Assembly: GCA_964035575.1 (NCBI GenBank)
Contig: OZ037839.1
Coordinates: forward strand, 1,674,001-1,738,000
Source of the DNA: Rhynchopus sp. YZ270_cl-10
Lineage: Eukaryota
Length of the DNA: 64,000 nucleotides
Direction: 5' to 3'
A model generated the notes under the pieces. That model was not told the DNA's origin and searched no databases. It worked only from the letters and a program-made list of their open reading frames with translations. A program made the position numbers and the translations under genes. Numbering within the stretch: position 1 is the first letter of the stretch; each line of letters opens with the position of its first letter. Of the stretch, positions 12,033 through 23,460 are shown piece after piece.

Positions 12033-15000
12033 ATGGAACTGACTATCGAGGGCTTGGGGAAGGACTTCGTGATGGAGGTGGGTGAGAAGGACACAACGGA
12101 GACGATGCGGCAGAAGGTGGCGTCAGCAACAGGGTTGTGCGAAGACAGCTTCCGCATGGGCTTCGGAGGGAAGGAGGAAGGAGAGGACATCACAGAACTG
12201 AGTGCTGGAGACACAGTCGTGTTGACGAAAACGATGAAGTCTTCCCGACAACATGATGCGCCCCATCCGAGGTATATACAAGAAGCTGGGGAGGCGTTTC
12301 AAACTTCCGGCAGGTCTTGGCAAAGAATGGTTTGCGACGAATGGTATCCTCCAAGGATGCCCACTGAGCGTAATCTTCCTGAATGCGCTGGTGGCGGTGT
12401 GGATGAACGGGGTGGAGAAGGAAACGGGCACGCAGGGGCTGGCGTACGCTGACGACACCAACCTCCTGACGAAGACCCTCGACCAGCTGCGAGCGGGTGT
12501 CGCCTTCACCGGACACTTTGCAGACTTGACGGGACAACGCATCCACGCGGGGAAGAGCACGTGGCAGAGCAACCGTCCTGATGAAGAGGAAACTGTGCAG
12601 ATGAACGGCGCGGATCTTACTCGCGTCGAGAAGTCGGAGTGCCTGGGGGCGACGGTGCAGGCACGACAGGCTGGGACGCCCACGCTCCCGACGAAACTGG
12701 AAGGCACCATCGACGCATGCGGACCGCTAGCAGGTAAGGTGGGATGCCTCCCGCTGACTCAAGGTGAGAAAGCAGGCATCATGCAAGCTGCAGTGATGTC
12801 GAAATCTGTGTACGGTATCACGGTGCAGGACCCACCTGGGAAATACGTGAACAGTCTTGCAACTGCAGTGGAGAAAGGGGTCCACGGCGTGAACAAGATG
12901 AATAGGCGAAGCGTACCGGTCATGCTGAATGTCTTCGAGAAAGGTCATCTGCTCGACCCCTCGGTGGCATTCGACTACAGAAGGATCATGACGTAGGCGG
13001 CGATGATACGCAAATCGGATGAGATCTGTTCGCTGGTCGAAAAGTGCAGGTTACGTGCGAAAGCGAAGCAGGCGAAGACTGGAGGACCCATCGGGTTGAT
13101 TGCGCGAGCCCTCAGCCGCCTTGCGTGGTCGTGGATAGACACGACAAAGGTGAAAACGCACGATGGGAGCATCGTTGATGTGAAGACGGTAAGCTTGGGT
13201 AGACTGGGCCACGTTGTGCGAGAACGGATGTTCTTCATTCGACTCTCCCGTACGAAGACGACTGCGAAGGTCAATGGCAAAGGCAGAGCTAACCTGAAGG
13301 GTATTGAAGCGGGGGTGGATAAGGAGAAAACCCTTGCTCTCACCCGAAGCAAAACTTTGACGGATTACGAGGCGGGGACGCTGCGACACATTGTAGCTGA
13401 CGGTGCGATAACGGGGGTGCGACTTGCGAGAGCGCGCATACGGGACTCGGCCATCTGCGTTCACTGCGAAGCGGGGGTGGACGAAAATCACAAACACTTG
13501 TGGTGGGAATGTGAAGCATGGAGTAGCATTCGTGCGGAGTACCCCTTGCTGTTGGACATTGACAGAACGACCTGGCCAAACTGTCTCGCTATCTGCGGCA
13601 TGTGCACACCGGACACACCTTTGGAATGCGCCCGTGTTGCAGACCTGCAGAAGATGATGGTGCGCATCCTCATCGCACGCTCCAAGTGGAGCAGACCGGA
13701 AGCGGCGAACCCGCGACTGCAAGAAGACCGATACCCGTGGACGTGGGCACCGGAGTTGGACACGACGACGCAACACGCGAACAGTTTGGTGGACTACACC
13801 CCCCTGAAAAGGAGGTGGCCGTATGGACGTGCTCTGCTGCTGGCGTTTGCCTCCTGGCTGGGTGGTTTACAATGGAGCGACGAAGCTGGACGTGAAGTCT
13901 CCCACATGGAGCTGCTCATCGACTTCGAGGTTGCCACAGGGATGGACATCCGACCTGGGGACAAGACCGGCAGAATAGCGCCGAAGCTGAAGCAGCCGAG
14001 GGCTGGGACTGGGGAAGAAGACAACAATGGGGGGGAAGACGACGGGAGTGGGGAAGACGACGATGATGACGACGTGGTGCCAGTAGCGCTGGCCCACAGA
14101 GAAATGGCGAAGACGACCACCTTTGGGCATATGTTGGCTTCACTCAGAACCTTTTCGGAGAGCTCTCTCCATCCGGGGAAGGTGAAGGTAACGCATGTTC
14201 TCGCTTCGTTTGGGGCGAACGCCATCACAGGCATCGACCGCCGTCCTATCTTTGCCGGCGGAGAAGAAACGTTGAAGGCATTGCGTGCGCTATACGATGC
14301 TGGTGTGGCGTACCGTCTGCAACGCAGCTCCGAAGGCATGTCTGAGGTGGAGCTCCGTGGTGGCGATAGAGCGAGAGGTACATGGATGGGGGAGTATTCT
14401 GCTGAGACGGCGTACCCCTCCACAGAAGTTAGAGGCAGGAGGGCACTACCATTCATCCAGCGGGCTGAACAGGAGACATCTGCGCATGCTCGCTACCGGC
14501 ACCATGAGCACGTGCGTCCAGGGGATGCACCCGTGAAGGCACCTGAAGGAGCGGTTCCGATCTTCCAGTTTGCGATATATGTGCTGCACCGGAAGACGAA
14601 GTGTGATGCCTGCTCGAAGAACGCCCAGGCAGACCTGATGCATTGCTGCTTTGCGCACCACTCCAACGACGACGGCTTACCGATCCGACACGAAGCATGC
14701 ACTAAGCATAGACTCTCGAGGTGCGGGAACTGTGTGCAAGAGAAGAGTACGCTGGAGCACTGCTGCCGCCGCCACCACGACACCTCGAAGGGGTGACAGA
14801 CGACGCTGGGAGGCTTCTTCAAGAAGAAGCAGACGAAGCAGAAGGATGGGCACAGCAGGGGCGGTGATGGACTTATGTAACATCACCCCCACGATGTATT
14901 GTATCACCTATCTCGGATAGGGGTGCATGCATCGAAAACGGGCCCCCACCGTTGACGAAAACGATGAAGTACGAAGCCATATCAGCTCTTCATGCATTGG

Positions 15001-15899
15001 GTGAGACAAACATCACAGCAGAACGGTTGCAGCAGGTGGAGGATCCGAAGGTGGCCAGCTTGCTTCTTCAGGCAGAAGTTGCGACTGAGATTCCAAAAGA
15101 CTTCTTCTCAGGTAGTGACGTAACGCGCATTGGTTTCAGTTGCGTACCCAATGTGGATGACAACTGTGGCATCACACTGCACCTGCCTGCATTACCCTGC
15201 GTCACCACGATTGGTGGCAGGTTTCTCTCCGAATGCGATACGTTGTCGGAAGCCGACCTCACCGGCCTGCAAGCAGTCACCACGATTAGTACCTTTTTTC
15301 TCAACAACTGCACAACGTTGTCGGAAGTAGACCTGACCAGCCTGCAAGCAGTCACCACGATTGGGAACTGTTTTCTCTCCTCCTGCACATCGTTGTCGAA
15401 AGTCGACCTGTCCGGCCTGCAATCAGTCACCACGATTGGTGTCTTTTTTCTCGACCACTGCACAACGTTGTCGGAAGTGGACCTGACTGGCCTGCAATCA
15501 GTCACCACGATTGGTGACTATTTTCTCCACTACTGCACATCGTTGTCGAAGGTCAACCTCACCGGCCTGCAAGCAGTCACCGCCATTGGTAACGGGTTTC
15601 TCTCCGACTGCAGATCGTTGTCGAAAGTAGACCTGACCGGCCTGCAATCAGTCACCACAATTGGTGACTATTTTCTCTCCTCCTGCACAACGTTGTCGAA
15701 AGTCAACCTCACCGGCCTGCAAGCAGTCACCGCCATTGGTGACGGGTTTCTCTCCGAATGCAGATCGTTGTCGAAAGTAGACCTGACCGGCCTGCAAGCA
15801 GTCACCACGATTGGTGACAATTTTCTCTCCGACTGCACAACGTTGTCGGAAGTCGACGGAAGGGACAAGTGCAGCAACGTTACGCAGCAGACTAGGTGA
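12033..15899 (+). pseudogene. UBL-LRR gene copy 2 (9 regular LRR units), split by a retrotransposon and carrying a 2-bp deletion near the 3' end
   Basis: 12033-12240 and 14971-15899 join to give a protein colinear with the 34877 and 39871 copies. aacgttacgcag here versus aacgttgtacgcag changes the C-terminus. Confidence 0.9.
12241..14950 (+). mobile_element. 5'-truncated non-LTR retrotransposon (2710 bp): partial RT, CCHC-type zinc finger and Cys/His-rich tail; one in-frame stop at 12994
   Basis: RT motifs GILQGCPLS and YADD; CVHC..ENHKHLWWEC. ORFs 12253 and 13003 share one frame. Exact 20-bp TSD gttgacgaaaacgatgaagt at 12221-12240 and 14951-14970. Confidence 0.95.
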
Positions 15900-16010
15900 C
15901 GTTGGTTTTTAGGGAAGTAAGAAAGCGGGAGTGGGCATTGGGGTGTTAGGAAGGATTGTGTGGCTTTCAACTTGCAGGGTATTAGTGGTGTGGCTGAAGC
16001 TGTCACGGTC

Positions 16011-16420
16011 ATGACTCTGACAAAGACATCTTCCTCACGTCGCATTCAAGACACCGTGCTGTCACCTCAGGCCCTCAACGATGTGCCACATGGCAGCACC
16101 CCGGCGGCGAAGCTGGCATCACCCAACAATCTTGAGAAAAAACGGCTTTCTGATGGGTTTTCCTCTTTCGAAAAGAATGCACGCCAAAGAAGCTACTGGG
16201 AAGAGGTCGAAGCGAATACGACATTAGAAGGGAGTGTGAAGCAACCTCTTCCACGATGCGTTGATTTGCTGGCTAGAATTCGGGAGTTGAACCTGGAAAT
16301 CGCTTCGTTACAACATTAGAAGCATGTGGCCGCACAGAAGGAGGACATGGCCATACAAGCTACGTCCGCAAAGCTAGAGCAGGAACGTCACGCTGTGATC
16401 GTCGAGGAGCATGCGAGAAG
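16011..16420 (+). pseudogene. Possible coiled-coil gene fragment with an internal stop
   Basis: LLARIRELNLEIASLQH*KHVAAQKEDMAIQATSAKLEQERH reads as heptad-like across a TAG and is then cut by repeat DNA. Confidence 0.3.
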
Positions 16421-16820
16421 GGCAGGGGGTGTTATTTTTGGGCTATTTTCTGCTATATTCTGCTATTTTGGGGTCGTCAGCCACACCAATTAGGGTGAAA
16501 ATCCAAAATTCTGGAAAAAACTGGTTTTTCTGGTTGTCTCTCCTGGGTGGTGAAAACTGGTGTTTATGGCGAAAACCTTCACCGTTGACGGACACAGTCC
16601 CTTTTTTCTGGTTTTTCGGGGGTGGGGCCGGTGTCTTATCCAGGAATCCAGATTTCAAGATTGGGGGGGTCAGCTTGTTTTTTGCCTAAAAATATTTTCC
16701 GCGCTGCTCACCGGGGAAGACATTGGGAACATAGGGACTGTATAAAATGGCCCCGCAGGCGAAAAATTTTTAGGGCGCGGTGTAAAAATCTAGCTTTTTA
16801 CTGCCATTAGCCACTATAAT

Positions 16821-17893
16821 AGGCAGCGTCCGCAAACCACCCCCCCCTAAAGGTCACTTTTCGATTTATTTGGATTTCAGATATTTTCTACTCCGTCTTT
16901 TTGCTCGATTTTTGTTTCAATGAACTCAGAGTAAAGTTTCTGAGTTCATTAAAACCAAAATCGAGCAAAAAGACCAATCTCACATTTTATTAAATGGCAA
17001 AACCTTTGTTAAAACCTGTGTTAGACCGATTTTCCCCGTGTATTTTTGTATACAACAGACGAAGCGGTACGCGTACGGTTGTAAAGAAATTTTATTATTT
17101 TGAGGATTTTGCTGGGAAAATCGGCAAAAATACATGGTCAAAAGTGCAAAATTCCTTCGCCAATGGATTTTTTGGGTGCCTGTTATACCTAGAGAATGTG
17201 GTCAGATTACTCTTCAGACCATCGGATATTACTTTTTTTTCCGGTTTTTAGGGGAGCCTATACCGGTAATTTAGGCTCCTTTTGATTTTAAATTGAAATT
17301 TCTAAGTCTTTTTTGACCTACGACCCCGGCAATGCATTTTTTGGGACTCTGTGGACTCAAATGAGCAAAAATTTAAACAAAATGCTGCCCGTTGGCACAT
17401 TTAAACGCACATTTTGTTGAAAATTGTCATTTTACACTGGATTTGCCTTTGCCATTTTCAGTTTTTTTGCAGATTTTTTTCAAAAAAAAATTGAAGAAAA
17501 AAGGCTCAAAAGTGCCTGAAACCCGGCGGAAAGTGATTTTTGGTGAGGTATATAGGGTAGTTTCATCTATTTTTGGGTTTTTTTGCCGAAAGGCGCCAAA
17601 TTTTCCGAGCCAAATGAAGGAATAGCCGGTGCATAGGCTCCCCTACGGTTTTTCCGCCAAAATCCTCAAAAAACAGGGGAAAAATTTTCTAACACAGGTT
17701 TTAACAAAGGTTTTGCCATTTAATAAAATGTGAGATTGGTCTTTTTGCTCGATTTTGGTTTTAATGAACTCAGAAACTTTACTCTGAGTTCATTGAAACA
17801 AAAATCGAGCAAAAAGACGGAGTAGAAAATATCTGAAATCCAAATAAATCGAAAAGTGACCTTTAGGGGGGGGGTGGTTTGCGGACGCTGCCT
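16821..17893. mobile_element. PIF/Harbinger-like MITE with about 200-bp TIRs and AAT TSD
   Basis: aggcagcgtccgcaaacc... (16821-17024) is the reverse complement of 17687-17893; AAT lies on both sides. Confidence 0.85.
17249..17645. mobile_element. Nested hAT-like MITE, TIR TAGGGGAGCCTAT, 7-bp TSD CGGTTTT
   Basis: taggggagcctataccgg and ccggtgcataggctccccta termini; cggtttt on both sides. Confidence 0.75.
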
Positions 17894-18047
17894 AATTATA
17901 TAAAAAATGGCGCCGCAGGCAAAATAATTTAAGGTACAGCCTGGATGGTGCGGGATTTCATGGTGTCGTCAGCACCCCATTTCCCAAAGGTACTCCCGTG
18001 GTTCAACCACGGTTCTACCAGGCGGGGGAAAAATTGCGCTCACCCTA

Positions 18048-18319
18048 CGGTGCTGGCGGAGCAGGCATCAATGGAGCGTACGATCGACACCGTGCACGAC
18101 ATCGCAGTGTTGCTAGCCAGCTACGACACGCAAGGTGTGGCCGACATGCTCCTCGCCAAGGAGGGCCAGCTCCCAGGCAAGATGCATCGTACGCTCGGTA
18201 CAATGGAGCAGAACCTCCGTAAAGTCAGAAAAAAAACCCCCCCTGCGGAAAAAAGGAATAAAACATTTCTATTCCCGCCTACTCCCGTCTCCAATTCAAA
18301 GGGCCTCCGGTCCGCAGGT
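18048..18319 (+). pseudogene. Collapsed duplicate of the cyclase locus: cyclase fragment fused to UBL-LRR upstream sequence
   Basis: 18048-18222 is almost identical to 10236-10410; 18223-18319 matches about 11813-11910. Confidence 0.9.
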
Positions 18320-18844
18320 CTACGCAACAAGTACACAACAAGTGCGCAATATTCCTGTATTTTTTTTTTTTTTTCGTGCACAAGTGCGCAACAAGTACGC
18401 AGCAAGTACGCAAAATGGGGTTTTCAGGAGCACCAAAAACACTGTTTTTTTCACCCCCTAGTGCACAGCTGTTTCAGTAGATTGGTACCGTTTTTCCATT
18501 TTTTCGCCGATTTTCCCCAAAATTAGCGCGACCCCTGATTCCATTTCACCTATTTTGCTGTTTATTTTTGCGATGTCTACTGACTGTTACACAGAACACA
18601 AAGTTGGTGTGGCAGCGGTTACTGTGGGGGTAAACCGGTAGAAACACGGTAGAAACACGGGGAATCGGTTGGGGGTTCCCTTTTTTGGAAAATTTTTTTT
18701 TGTTTTTTTACCAGGGGGCTTCTCTATGTTGTAGGCATACAGAGGCACATATTTGACAGACCGGAGCCGGAACTGGCTGGGATGTCACGGAACTGACAAA
18801 AAAAGTGGTTTTCGACCACGCAACTGTACTGTACTCCCAATCCC

Positions 18845-18996
18845 CTGTGTATACTGTGTATACTGTGTATACTGTGTATACTGTGTATACTGTGTATACT
18901 GTGTATACTGTGTATACTGTGTATACTGTGTATACTGTGTATACTGTGTATACTGTGTATACTGTGTATACTGTGTATACTGTGTATACTGTGTAT
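18845..18996. repeat. Perfect 9-bp minisatellite (CTGTGTATA), about 17 copies
   Basis: Directly visible tandem array. Confidence 0.98.
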
Positions 18997-19540
18997 GCGG
19001 AAATTGACCAAAAACGAGAACTTGTCCATTTCGGCAAATTGACCCCACCACTGGCCGGACGGATTCCGGAAATGCAAATGCCGGCGTTTAAAAGCTCACC
19101 AGCGAAAAAAACGGAATTTTTCCAACATCTGGAACCCCCCTTTACGGAGCGACAACTGGTAGAAACACGGTAGAAACACGGGGAATCGGTTAAGGCGCCA
19201 CACCAAAAGTTGTGCTGGGCATTTTGTCCGAATTGGGAACCATATTGCACGTATTACTTTACGTGTATACACCAGCAAGACTGGGACTTTGGTTATTTAT
19301 ACCTTGCGGTGCAACACACAGGACTTGCCTGCACTCCCATGTCTAAGAAACCCTCCACAAACCAGTTCTTTACAGGGTACACCAATGATATTGTAACGTC
19401 TTCCTGCACGAGTTGTTGATACTGCACGAAGTATACAGGACTCTGGCCACATAGGGTTGCAGGGGAGCTTTTGTGGAAGTGTCATTCTGTGTGCCAACAC
19501 CTCTAGCGTGTCGCCGTAGCTCCGCACGTCGCGTGCCGTA

Positions 19541-21361
19541 ATGGCGGCAATCTGTCGTTGCTTTGAATCGCTCGTGTCGCTGGATGGCACGCTGAGCAAG
19601 AAGGAGACCGCAAAGCGCAAGATCTTCTTCATGTACCCAGTCATCGGCTTAATGTTCATAATTAGTGGTATAATAACCCGGCGCAACGAGCTGAGCGGCC
19701 AGTACGTGTCCATTATGAACTATGCTTGTTCGCTTGCGTCCTTTACGTTTTCCATTACGTTGATTCTGTGCAAGGTGCCGCTGAACACGTCTATTGTGGT
19801 GGGCGTGATGTACTTTCAGTGCATCCTGATGTTCACCGGTGACTTGACTGGACGCTCGCTGGGGTACGAACGCTGGCCGATAATTGTGGTCGGTGTGGAC
19901 TACCTGCTTGTGATGGAAGTGCCTACGAGGTACACGACAGGGCTCGTCTGCGTTACTCTGGTCTGGCTGTTTATCATGGCCCTGGAGCAAAGCTACAGGT
20001 TCGGCATCTTGGACATGCCAGGCCTCATGCCGCAGGAGGGCGAGTACGGCCGCAAGGAGTACTACCGCATGCTGACCGACTGCGAGTCCCCACCCTGCGC
20101 AACAGGGAAGTTCCCACCCACAACCTACTACGTCTCCAGTGCGGTCTTCATCATCGACTTCTTCGCAACACGAGGCTTTGCACGCAACGTGCTGAAGGAG
20201 CAGGCGTCCATGGCACAGACAATCAGCACCGTGCAGGAGATCGCCTCCCTCCTAGCTGGCTACGACGTGGAGAAGGTGGCGGAGCTGCTGGAGGCGCATG
20301 GAACGGACCTGCCTGAGGGGATGCTTCTTGCACTCAGTACGTTGGAGGCGAACCTGCGTGTGTACAAGGCGTACCTCCCGCAGACGTGTCTGCCTTTTGA
20401 CAAAGGGTCCAGCGAGGACACCGACGGTCAGAAGTTAACAGAAGAGAACCAGATGGAAGCGTCCATGACTGGGTCCGACTCTATGTCGATCACTAATTCG
20501 CTTGTGATGAAGATGGCGACACGCGTGCAGCCCTTGGGCATCACTTCTATCAAAGCGACGCTGATGACGCTCAACATGAAAGACACACTGCACCAGCTGG
20601 AAGAGGACAGCACCCGCTTCAGCGACCTCTTCACGTCGATGATGCTCAAGACATTGGGCGCAACGGATTCACAGAAAGGCATGGTGGACGTGTTCATCGG
20701 TGACCGCATCCACTGCTCCTTCAACGCGTCAAAGCGCTGTGCCAGCCACGCCAACTGTGCACTCTACGCTGCTGCAGCATTGGTGCGCATCGAGTCAGCA
20801 GACGACTGCGCTCCCGTGAACATCGGCATCGCAACAGGGAAGGTGCTCCGTGGCGACATGGGCTGTGAGATGATGCGCCGCTTCAGCATGATCGGCACTC
20901 TCGTACGCGACGTGAACGGGATGGAACGTGCGGGGCGCATCCTCGGCTGCGATGTGCTCTGCAACCGCCTCTGCTTCAGCGACGGGGAGCTGGAGCACCA
21001 GCTGCGCCTTATCCCACGCAAGGTGGAGGTGGACGCGGGGTGTGACGAGGAGGTGGTGGCCGAGCTGGTGGTGAAGGAGGGCAACATCGACATCTCGATC
21101 GCTGACGAGTGGATGTACATGATTGGGGGGAAGAAGGACTGGGATGCGTACAACAGCTCTGTGCGTGCGTACTTCAAGGGCGAAGCCTCTGCTGCAGACG
21201 TTGCAGCAGCAGCATATGAAGCGTCTGCAGCAAGCACAGAAAAGAAGCAGCCACCTGCGAGGATGTTTGTTTCAGATGAAAAGGACGAGACGCTTCGCCT
21301 CCCTCTCCGTGTTCTAAATAATGAAAGCAGGTTCGATGCGATGTGCATACGTAGTGTCTGA
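19541..21361 (+). CDS. Multi-pass membrane protein with a degenerate (pseudo) class III cyclase domain (606 aa)
   Basis: Shares TM region, RFG.LD.PGL..QEG..GRKEY and DF.ATRGFAR.VL.EQASM with the 9590 cyclase. Has VDVFIGD and NIGIATG but lacks the first Asp and the Asn/Arg pair. Confidence 0.85.
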   Translation: MAAICRCFESLVSLDGTLSKKETAKRKIFFMYPVIGLMFIISGIITRRNELSGQYVSIMNYACSLASFTFSITLILCKVPLNTSIVVGVMYFQCILMFTGDLTGRSLGYERWPIIVVGVDYLLVMEVPTRYTTGLVCVTLVWLFIMALEQSYRFGILDMPGLMPQEGEYGRKEYYRMLTDCESPPCATGKFPPTTYYVSSAVFIIDFFATRGFARNVLKEQASMAQTISTVQEIASLLAGYDVEKVAELLEAHGTDLPEGMLLALSTLEANLRVYKAYLPQTCLPFDKGSSEDTDGQKLTEENQMEASMTGSDSMSITNSLVMKMATRVQPLGITSIKATLMTLNMKDTLHQLEEDSTRFSDLFTSMMLKTLGATDSQKGMVDVFIGDRIHCSFNASKRCASHANCALYAAAALVRIESADDCAPVNIGIATGKVLRGDMGCEMMRRFSMIGTLVRDVNGMERAGRILGCDVLCNRLCFSDGELEHQLRLIPRKVEVDAGCDEEVVAELVVKEGNIDISIADEWMYMIGGKKDWDAYNSSVRAYFKGEASAADVAAAAYEASAASTEKKQPPARMFVSDEKDETLRLPLRVLNNESRFDAMCIRSV

Positions 21362-21616
21362 TCGATGTCCACGAGTCTTTTTTATCGCGCGTATTTTCTT
21401 TTTCTTTCTGAGGCTTACACAAAAAAAAAAAAAAAAAAAAAAAAAAGCGAGACCCGTCGAGGAAACAGCGTTCTTTCCAGACGTTAATCTTCGCGTTCTG
21501 TTTTCCTTTATTTATTTCGACTAAGCTGCGTTTTTAGCAGCAGGTCAACTAATCTTTGTTTGACACATCCGGCGTAATGATGTTATATCATTTGATATAC
21601 GCCCTATGTCCGATTA

Positions 21617-21716
21617 CCGTATTCGTACAAATTATCGACCGTACTAATGTTCGACCTTTTCAGGATTTTTCTGGAAGTTCGACCTTTTTTACGGTCGATA
21701 ATTTGCACGAATACAG
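21617..21716. mobile_element. 100-bp Tc1/pogo-type MITE (TA TSD); degenerate relative begins at 31923
   Basis: TA|ccgtattcgtacaaattatcgaccgta ... tacggtcgataatttgcacgaatacag|TA. Confidence 0.8.
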
Positions 21717-22274
21717 TATTTATTTCCCACAAGATTTTCGTTCTCCGGCCTCCTCTACTATTAGGGCGGGCCTCCGCCTTACACACAGTCGCCCGTCTGT
21801 GCAACATCCCTTGGGATCCGGAACCCATTTCCCGCATCTGCCACCTGGGAGTATAGGCGACGACCGTCGCCCAACTTTTACATACCCGCGCTACACTATG
21901 CACATGCTCGAACACGTCGTCGTACGTGCCAAACTTGCGAACACCGGCTGGGGAAAAGACATCATCCTTAGCAACTTGTGGAGACCCACACAGCTGAGCT
22001 CAATTTGACTCAATATTCTAAAAATGCGTGTTTGATGCAGTCCTTTTCCGCATTTGGTTATGAAGCATGCTGGGCAGTAGTGTGGAAAAAAAGAATAAAG
22101 GTTTTACGGAGACGCTAATGCACGGAGTCTATGGATGCTTCTTCGGTGCAGGCAGCGTTGGCCATACCTTGAAGGTTACCTATCCACTGTATGTTACGGC
22201 TCTTCAGGATTGCTTGGAAAGAACTTGTGTATTTGAGTCTAATGATTGATTTTTTTTTTTTGTCTTGACTACAG

Positions 22275-23061
22275 CAGTGTTTTTTCTAGGATTCGGGGTT
22301 TTTGGCTGACGGGGGGGCACAGGGCAAAAAAGTGCATATTTTTTTTTTCTCGCGGTTGACCATGCAACAGGGGAGTATATAGGTTTTGTGGGTTTTCGTA
22401 GATCAAAACTCGGTCGAGCCCGGGCGCACTTCGCACGCCCGGGTCCGCAAACCAGCTCAAGTTGGGGCCTCCGGCAATGTGAGAATTCCTCGGTTTTTTT
22501 GTCCGACTGCGGAGTTCGGCACTTCATTGATATTTGCACCAGGCACACGTGGTACACGAATTGTCAGTAACCTCAGTACATTTACAAGAGAAACGGCGGT
22601 CATGGCACCCAAAGGTTCCTGGCGAAGCCACGGTACGCAACATTTCTAAAAAAATTTGACATAAAATGGCACTGTCGTTGGTAATTATCGTCAGTTTCCG
22701 CAAATTTTACGTACGTATTTTGCTAAAACGAAAGTTTCTGGCGAAGCCACGGTACGCAACATTTCTAAAAATTGCGCTTAAAATTGCACATTTTTACTGC
22801 CAAACTATGTCACCTTCGACGCAAAACAGTTATGTTGCTACGGAAACGCCGACTCCCCTTACTTCCTGGTGAGACTCGCGAGAGCATGATGGGGAAGGTG
22901 AAGGGGGGCAGAGTGGTAGGGGTGGGTCACCCACCCCTACCACTCTGCCCCCCCGCCCCCCCCACAGAGATTTCACGGGGGGGCACGCCCCCCCTCGAAA
23001 TCTCAAAAAAGTCTGACGGGGGGGCGCGCGCCCCCCCGCCCCCCCTCCAGAAAAAACACTG
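22275..23061. mobile_element. hAT-like MITE, TIR CAGTGTTTTTT, 7-bp TSD ACTACAG
   Basis: actacag|cagtgtttttttctagg ... ccagaaaaaacactg|actacag. An internal part (22736-22812) recurs inverted at about 63087-63170. Confidence 0.8.
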
Positions 23062-23460
23062 ACTACAGTAATCCGTTTACACCACAATTAAAAATGAAGT
23101 AAAAAAATAGTGGAGCACACTCTAGGGTGGCTACACTAATAAAACCAAGTTTTCAAAAAAAAAAAGCGACTGGGTTGTGTTGGGTCCAAATAAAACAAAA
23201 CAAAAACAAAAACAAAACAACCAAAGCAAAGCAAAGACCCTGATACAGATCTCGAAGTAAAGCAAACAAACAAAAATGTACCCACAACGCTGTGGAATGT
23301 CAACATCCCAAAATATGTTTTTTTTTTTGAGGGGTTGCCTCGCGCACATTGTACAAATAAACAAATAAGAGGGGATTTTTTGTTTGTCTTTTTGTTTTTT
23401 TTCATCCGGATGTGAGTGACTTTAGGGACAGTGGAGCTTGCACAGGTGTCAACTACACTA

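Larger units (their letters stand above)
16491..18047. mobile_element. Possible hAT-like non-autonomous element (short TIR TAGGGTGA) hosting nested MITEs
   Basis: tagggtga at 16491 and tcacccta ending 18047. Internal segments (16741-16790, 17903-17941) recur inverted at 62690-62840. No TSD. Confidence 0.4.

Noticed and set aside
12241..14950. The RT as a diversity-generating retroelement driving LRR variation
   Set aside because: Motifs (QGCPLS, YADD, downstream CCHC finger), 5' truncation and a TSD indicate a non-LTR retrotransposon. No template repeat or accessory gene is visible.
12221..14970. The retroelement being removed as a canonical intron
   Set aside because: The GT/AG pair offered by the TSD would delete one base and shift the frame, and the gene has a second lesion at its 3' end. 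Non-canonical splicing cannot be excluded without RNA data.
18708..19250. ORFs with YTV, VYC, IHS or TQY repeats
   Set aside because: Artefacts of the stop-free 9-bp minisatellite.
21760..22245. Coding-like stretch (also 47330-47760, 61140-61460, 63180-63560)
   Set aside because: Fragmented frames and no recognisable domain; possibly decayed genes or transposon interiors.
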